NCBI RefSeq assembly: GCF_006345805.1
Contig: NW_021835054.1
Coordinates: forward strand, 1 to 42,506
Direction: 5' to 3'
Length of the DNA: 42,506 nt
Origin: Octopus sinensis
Lineage: Eukaryota
The notes below the pieces were generated by a model. That model was not told the DNA's origin and did no database searches. It saw only the letters and a list, made by a program, of their open reading frames with translations. Below, piece after piece: positions 34,967 to 42,506 of this stretch. Positions within the stretch are counted from its first letter, which is position 1. Every line of letters begins with the position of its first letter. The position numbers and the translations under genes were made by a program.

Positions 34967-35085
34967 GCTCGGGGACGTAGAAATACTTGGGTTGTTGTCC
35001 AGGCGTGCAGTTGGCCCACTGGAAGTGGGAAGCCCCTTTATTGTTACATCTCTCTAGGAGAGAGAAACTCTGAGAAAACGCGTAA
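34967..35085 (+). mobile_element. Decayed dispersed repeat, RTE 5'UTR-like (copy 2)
   Basis: gaaatacttgggttgttgtccaggc...cccactggaagtgggaagcccc...tctaggagagagaaactctgag; similar to the reverse complement of 480-597. Confidence 0.4.
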
Positions 35086-35199
35086 CACTAACAATATTCG
35101 ATGACGTAACCAGTTCTTTTCGAGTTTATGTTGTCCAAGTTCAGAGAGTGGGATTGGATTGTACAAATCCTTCTCGAGTTTGTCCCCCTAGTTGTCCCC

Positions 35200-35494
35200 C
35201 CAGTTGCGTACTGGGGTCGATCTAATCGACTGGCCCCCTTCCCAAAAATTTCGGGCCTTGTGCCTAGACTAGCAAAGAATAGTCATTATTTCTAATACTG
35301 GTGAAAACGGCGAGCTAGCAGAGTTGTGAGCACGCTACATGAAAATGCTAAGCGGTATTTCGCCCGTCGCTACGTTTTGAGTTCAAATTCCATCGACGTC
35401 GACTGTGCCTTTCATCCTTTCGGGGTCGGTAAATCAAGTACCAGTTACGTGCTGGTGTAGATCTAATCGATTGGCACTCTATCCTCACAAAATT
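35200..35494 (+). repeat. Inverted duplicate of 33271-33565 (SINE B/spacer/SINE B junction)
   Basis: 295-bp reverse-complement match with about 4 mismatches counted by eye, including the inter-SINE spacer. Confidence 0.92.
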
Positions 35495-35790
35495 ATTGCA
35501 AATGGTTCTTTGTAGCTCATTTCTGGCAGAGATTGGCTACTCTGGCTTCAGTTTTGTTTTCAAGGAAATCCAGCTTAATCCATACAGGGCAATATAATCA
35601 GATACAGCGTCTAGCGACCGACAGTGTCTAGAATACACATGTTTCCCCAGATTTTTCAAAGGAACCAGTTGTATCAATCGGGTATAATACTCTTGGGAAA
35701 GGCATAAACATTATATTTCAACACTTGCAGCTCTTGTGCATGGTCAATAGATATCAATTATTGTGACTATAACTATTTCAGTATATTTCT

Positions 35791-36147
<357 letters not shown>

Positions 36148-36439
36148 AATAATGGGATAGACAGCGCTGTCGAATGTGTGGCTGATAAAATAGGGAACTT
36201 CGTGGTGGGGTGCTGGTAGGATGGGGTTGACCGAAGTGGTACTAGTACACACTCTGTGTGTGTGTGTGTGTTGTGTGTGGGTATGTGTGGGGTTTCAGGC
36301 GATATCTTGGAACCGATATTAGTTAGATAAGGAACACCGAACTTAAAGCCAAACGACGGGGCAGTGTGATGGGTCCAGCCGTGATATAATTACGTGTGCA
36401 CGCGTACTAATAATACATATACGTATACCATATACATAC

Positions 36440-36533
<94 letters not shown>

Positions 36534-36820
36534 TATATGTATATATATGTAGTTATGTATATTTTATGTCAGACTCACGACATCTTATCAGTAGTGATAC
36601 AGTAAACAGATATTACAGGAAAGAACAGAAAAAGAAGGGAGTGAAAGAGATGCAGTTCAAGAGAGAGAGAGAGAGAGAGAGATGGGGGGGGGGCGTTGAG
36701 AGGGACAGAAAAAGAACATGGGAAAGTGAAGGAGCGAGAATGTGTGATAGAAATGAAGATAGACAGATAGAGTAAGATAAAGAGAAATAAAGGCGTACAC
36801 ACCGAGTTATACCGAAGCAT

Positions 36821-36921
<101 letters not shown>

Positions 36922-37580
36922 TATATATGCATATATATATATATTTATTTATATGCATATATATATATTTATATGCATATATGTATATGTATATATATAT
37001 ATACATACATACATACATACATACATACATACATACATACATACATACACATGCACAGAGGCACATATACTTTCAGTATGATGGAGAGAGAAATAAAGAG
37101 AGTCTTTTGCAGATTAAACAAAGAGATAAAGACCGAAAACCGATATTTAGGCATATAATGACGTTCCATTGCTTTGAAATATGGAGAAGTTGTTTACACC
37201 ATATACATACACACATACTTAGACATACGCACACATGTATACATGCACACTCACACACAAACACACATAAACATACACATACACGTTCTTCGTAGTGGCA
37301 GCATATTCTTGAGGTCGGTCGCCCGTCATAGGCACTGTTTGTCTCTCTCTGTATACCCGTATACCCGCTTATTAGAATCACCAACCCGCTGCCAAACACC
37401 GTATCTCTACTCCTTCCTCTATACCCATTTCTTATCTGTCTATTTATTTATCTATTTATCTAGAGTTATCGTTTGTTTTTATCGCCCGTCTTATCTCAAC
37501 CTTTCTCTTCTTCTTCTATTTCTCTCTTCTCTTTCTGCTTTTTGCTTTGTGGGTTTTTGTTTTAGGCCAGCGAAATTGGA

Positions 37581-37657
<77 letters not shown>

Positions 37658-37677
37658 GCCTGCCTACTTATCTAGCC

Positions 37678-37758
<81 letters not shown>

Positions 37759-37790
37759 CTTATCTATCTACTTATCTATCTGTCTGTCTA
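37581..37790. repeat. (TATC)n microsatellite
   Basis: Directly visible. Confidence 0.96.
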
Positions 37791-37864
37791 TTAACCAATC
37801 TCACCAGCTCGTATGTTCGCATGTGTGTCACTATGCGAAGTTTTCTTTTTCTTTCTTATTTACT

Positions 37865-38700
37865 TTTTGTATTCTTTTATTATTTTCGTTCATTGGATTT
37901 CGGCCATGCAAGTGACCATCTTCAAGGATTTTAGTTAATCGTATTGTGCGAATACATCTTTTAATCCAGTATTTATTCTTTCGATCTATTCGCTGAGCCA
38001 CAATGTTTCAGGAACTTGAATACACACTGGTTGTCAATCCGGAAGGAGGTGGGGTAAACACAAATACTCAGATGGACATGTATGTGAATGTATGGTAAGA
38101 AGTTTGCTTGCCAACCACATGGTTCCGAGTTCAGTTCCACTGTGTGACACTTTGGGCAAGTGTTATTTACGTACCTTTGGACCGACGAAAGCCTTCTGAG
38201 TAGATTTGTTTGACGGAAACTGAAAGAAGCCTGTCATATGTGTGTGTTTGTGTGTGCGCGCGTTTGTGTTTGAGTGTGAGTGTAAGTGTGGGGGGTGTCT
38301 TTGTGTTTGTGTTTGTCTTTCACCACCGCTTTACAGTCCCCTAACCTGGTGGTTCGGCAAAAGAGACCGATTGAATAAGAATCAGGCTTTACAAGAAACA
38401 ATTATTAAGGTCGAGGCTTTGAACTAAAAATCCTTCCTGGTGGTGCTGTTGCATGGCCGCAGCGTAATGACTGAAACAATTAAAAGAAAACAATATATAT
38501 ATATATATACAGACATACACACACATATAGAAATATATATAAACGACGGGATTCAGCACAATTTCCATCTACGAGATACACTCCCAAACCATTGGTTGGC
38601 CTGATGCTATGGTAGAAGACATTTGCCCAAGGTGTTGCGAAGTGGGACTGATCTCCAGAACCCCTTGCTTGCAAAGCGAGCTCCTTAACAGCACAGCCAG
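37865..38700. mobile_element. Three old SINE family A copies in alternating orientation (about 37865-38060 -, 38085-38488 +, 38510-38698 -)
   Basis: ggtaagaagtttgcttgccaaccacatggttccgagttcagttccac...gactgaaacaa on +; agaagacatttgcccaaggtg...cacagcc on -. Confidence 0.78.
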
Positions 38701-39556
38701 GCCTATTAGCTTTATTTAACAACCTATTTATATGTTTAGCAACTTTATTTTATCTAAACATATATACTATAAATATAATGGTTTCTTTAACCAATTTTCC
38801 TACTTTTATGTATTATAGGTGTGTCCAGAAACCTATTTATATATATATATAGCAATTTTATTTTACCTAATCCTATATACCATAAATCTAATGGTTTCGC
38901 TTAACCGTTCGAACCGAACAACAAATACATAATTTTATTACAGATGTTTTGTTGTGAGTGCACTGTCTATGTGATTTCACTTCTAGTCTATGCATTTAAC
39001 ACAAATAAATGTGGTTTCTCTAAGCTTTAATTCATATCGTCAAAAGCGTATATCCTTCAGAAGCAAACCTCATGAGAATCTATTACGTCCCTCTGGTACG
39101 TATCCTAAAAACCATATAAATACTTAATCCTGTGAAGTCCTATTTAGAGAGATATTATAATTCTCAAGGACTTGATTTAATATACCCAAAAGGACGTTTT
39201 GTTTGTGTTTCGCGCCATTCAAATCTCCGTTGCTGTTCGTGTTTTGCCTGTCTCTTGATTATGCAGTTATAATTGCTGTAACAACGAGGAGTTAGTTCAC
39301 AATCTCTCGCCTAGAATTATGTCCAATATAGTATAATGGTTTAATCTAAATAGGTGTATTACACTGAGTATTCCTATATAACATTGTACTGCCCAGGAAT
39401 ATTTCTGGCTGGACAGGAATCCATTACATATTGCAATAGTGTATGGATTTTATCTAAACCTTATTTTATGTTATAAGGTGTCCTAACTGAGAAAAGTTTA
39501 TCCCTTAGATGAAAACCTTGTGGGATTTGCTATCAATATCCGACTCTTATGTACGC

Positions 39557-39596
<40 letters not shown>

Positions 39597-39780
39597 TGTG
39601 TCTGTGTCTGTGTGCGCGCGTGCGCGTATGTGTGTGTATGCACGTGTGTGTACAGTTAAACACATTTTTCTTCTGTCACGAAAAAAAAAATGATCTCCCT
39701 GATCAGTTTTATCCTTTAACAAGAGTTTTGTCGCTCACTTTTCCTCAACACGGAGATTATAAGCTTAAATCTATATATAT

Positions 39781-39984
39781 TCTCTTTTACTATTTTACTT
39801 GTTTCAGTCATTTGACTGCGGCCATGTTGGAGCACCGCCTTTAGTCGAGAAAATCGACACCAGGACTTATTCTTTGTAAGCCCAGTACTTATTATATCGG
39901 TCTGTTATACCGAACCGCTAAGTTACGGGGATGTAAACACACCAGCATCGGTTGTCAAGCGATGTTGGGGGGGACACAAACACA

Positions 39985-40031
<47 letters not shown>

Positions 40032-40221
40032 CATATATATATATATACACATATATACGACGGGCTTTTTTCAGTTTCCGTCTACCAAATCCACTCACAA
40101 GGCTTTGGTTGGCCCGAAGCAATAGTAGAAGATACTTGCCCATGGTGCCACACAGTAGGAATGAACCCGGAACCATATGGTTGGTAAGCAACCTACGTAC
40201 CATACAGTCACTCCTGCACCT
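39781..40221 (-). mobile_element. SINE family A, full-length
   Basis: Colinear with 3931-4402; ends cagtcactcctgcacct. Confidence 0.92.
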
Positions 40222-40862
40222 ATATGGTAAAGTAATTCAGGTATAACTGTGGAATCGCTGAGGGTTTAAATAATTCATTAACAAAAAAACTACACGTCGT
40301 TTTGAGAGTAAATAGAATTCTAAAGTGACATTTAGGTATGTGTGCGTGTGTTTAGTAAACAGAGAGTTTAAGTTTGCTGTGACATGCCAGCATTGGGATT
40401 AAACCAAAACATTGTGCTTCCGTTGTCAAACAATCAGATTCGATTTGAGTGGTTTCGGCAGTTATTTGCATCTCATCAGAGTGAAACGCAAGTGAATATA
40501 TCATTCACGCATGAACACATATTTATGTTAGATCACATGTGCATACACGAATATAATTATTTTGTTTTATTTTTAATATAGTTTCAATCATCAGCCCAAT
40601 ATTATTCATTTGCGCAGTCTTCAGGTGTTATTATAGTCAACTATATCTCCGCGTGTACTAAAGGACAAATGTAATAATTTCACTACAGTTGTCAATTGTG
40701 GAAAACGACTGTCAATACATAAACCAGATGATTGCGTAACGCATGAAAGTACTAGTTTTATCACAATATATATAATATTCTATAATTTCAAAATTATAAA
40801 TAATAAACATGAGAATCACACTAGGCTGGAAGTCCAGTGATGTATATATATATATATATATA

Positions 40863-42466
40863 CAGTGGGGGGAAATGAATATTCGTACACGTCAAAATTC
40901 TTTATTTATTTAATTTCTAATGAACATAAATGGGATATACCAATACTATATTTGCATACAGATGCATAAACTAAGAATATGCAAAAGAAACTAATAAATT
41001 ATAGTAACTAAAGAATTTATATACAATCATAAATATGTAGGGGAAAAAAAAGTATTCGTACAGAATAAATTTATGATTTTCTATGCCACAAAATACTGTT
41101 GAAATATTTATTTTTACTAGAACTTTCTTGTTTGTTCCAATAATCTTATCAGTTGTCATTTTTAAGTGTCAAAACGCTAGCTTCTTCATTCAGAACTGAG
41201 ACAACATAAAGTAGTATCGCAATAATGGCGAAAAGTAAAGAACTGACAAATACAGTGAAAAACTTAATTACTGAACAGTGGAAAGCAGGTAAAAGTTACA
41301 GGAAAATATCAGATACCTTTGTATTCCATTTTCTACCACATCTTCATTTATTCAAAGATATAAAAAATCGGGAACTGTTGAAAACAGAATAAGATCCAGT
41401 GCACCATGCAAGATTTCCCCTAGATCTTTAAGAAAAATGAAGTGAAGAATCGAAAAAAACGCAATGATCAACAGAAAAGAGTTGCAAGAAGATTTGTTAG
41501 CTTCAGTGACTAGTGTTACACTTTGAACAATCAGCAATGAACTTCATAGGAATGAACTGAAGTCACGCTCTCTTAGAAAAACTCCGCTGTTGACTAAATG
41601 CCATTGAGATGGCCATTTAAAATTTGTTTATGAACATAAAGATAAACCTGATACATTCTGGGGAAATGTTCTATGGACAGACGAGTCGAAAATTGAATTG
41701 TTTGGAAGAAATTCGCGTAGCCATGTTTGGAGGAAAGATGGTATTGCCTATTCGCCGAAAAGCACAATTCCTACCATAAAGTTTGGAGGTGGCAACATCA
41801 TAGTGTGGGGGTGTTTCTCTGCAAATGGTACTGGCAATTTACATGTGATAGATGTTAGAATGAATGCAGAGATGTACCAAAATATTTTGAACAATAATTT
41901 ATGGGACCCTGTAGAAAAGCTCCAGCTTTGTGAAGGGTGGGTTTCACAACAGGATAACAACCCTAAGCACACGGCGAAGCTTACCAAGAAATGGATTGTC
42001 GATCACAATATAAAATTATTAGAATGGCCAAGCCAGTCACCTGACTTGAACCCCGTTGAGAATTTGTGGCGTTATTGGAAAATTCGTTCAAGAGCCTCAA
42101 ATTGCATTCCAGATTTGAAGAAAATTTGTCAAGAAGAATGGGAAAAAATTCCTAGAGAAACATGCGAGTCATTGATTAAGAACTACAAGAAGAGATTGGT
42201 TGAAATGGAACTGAATAATAATTATGCTACGAAGTATTAAATCAGAATTATCAGTTATTTATGTTCTATACGAATACTTTTTTCACCCCTAAATATTTAC
42301 AATTGAATATAAATTCCTTAGTTACTATAATTTATTAGTTTCTTTTGCATATTCTTAGTTTATGCATGTGTATGTGAATATAGTATTGGTATATCCCATT
42401 TATGTTCATTAGAAATTAGATAAATAGAGAATTTTGACGTTTACGAATATTTATTTCCCCCCACTG
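40863..42466 (+). mobile_element. Full-length Tc1-family DNA transposon, IR/DR type, 1604 bp
   Basis: TA|CAGTGGGGGG...CCCCCCACTG|TA. 203-bp imperfect TIRs (40863-41065, 42264-42466), each with outer and inner direct repeats (gaatattcgtaca / aagtattcgtaca). Inserted in (TA)n. Confidence 0.96.
41225..42240 (+). pseudogene. Tc1 DD34E transposase pseudogene
   Basis: MAKSKEL... paired-like HTH N-terminus; LWTDESKIELFG; QQDNNPKH; WPSQSPDLNPVENLW, with 34 residues between D and E. One frameshift near 41320 and in-frame TGA at 41443, 41524 and 41605. Confidence 0.95.
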
Positions 42467-42476
42467 TATATATATA

Positions 42477-42506
42477 TGAGGGGTTGCTGAAAGGTTTTTG
42501 GCTTTG
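42477..42506 (+). mobile_element. Probable left terminus of a mariner-type element running off the window
   Basis: TA|tgaggggttgctgaaagg resembles mariner (C/T)GAGGG TIR starts; only 30 bp are visible. Confidence 0.35.

Noticed and set aside
38700-39490. Recurring tataatggtttc / ttttatctaaac motifs
   Set aside because: Irregular spacing and low complexity; no unit or boundaries could be defined.
40445-40482. Hammerhead-like CTGATGA...GAAA on the minus strand
   Set aside because: Stem II is imperfect and neither stem III nor stem I can be paired; at best a decayed relic.
41698-42240. 180-aa ORF as a functional transposase gene
   Set aside because: It is only the C-terminal part of a pseudogene. 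It starts at TTG downstream of the first catalytic Asp, and the N-terminus has stops and a frameshift.

Overview
AT-rich eukaryotic DNA dominated by microsatellites and transposons. It is most likely an octopus (coleoid cephalopod) intron or intergenic region, inferred from the SINE families and the repeat landscape. I can support no intact host protein-coding gene; almost all listed ORFs are read-throughs of microsatellites or SINEs. Supported content: a full-length but inactivated IR/DR Tc1 transposon (40863-42466, DD34E); a second decayed Tc1; three copies of an R4/Dong-clade restriction-like-endonuclease retrotransposon, all inside (TAA)n arrays; three L1/Tx1-like fragments; two non-autonomous Helitrons; a hAT MITE with an 8-bp TSD; a 294-bp near-perfect palindromic element; and more than 20 copies of three tRNA-type SINE families. 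The most notable observations are: two minimal type-I hammerhead ribozyme motifs of the Penelope/retrozyme kind (9314-9358 + and 29867-29904 -); an apparent succession in which (TTA)n tails of SINEs/LINEs become landing sites for TAA-targeting elements; a CR1-like 3' end sharing its tail with the commonest SINE; and a recent 295-bp inverted duplication. Family names come from motif recognition, not database searches, and boundaries of decayed copies are approximate.
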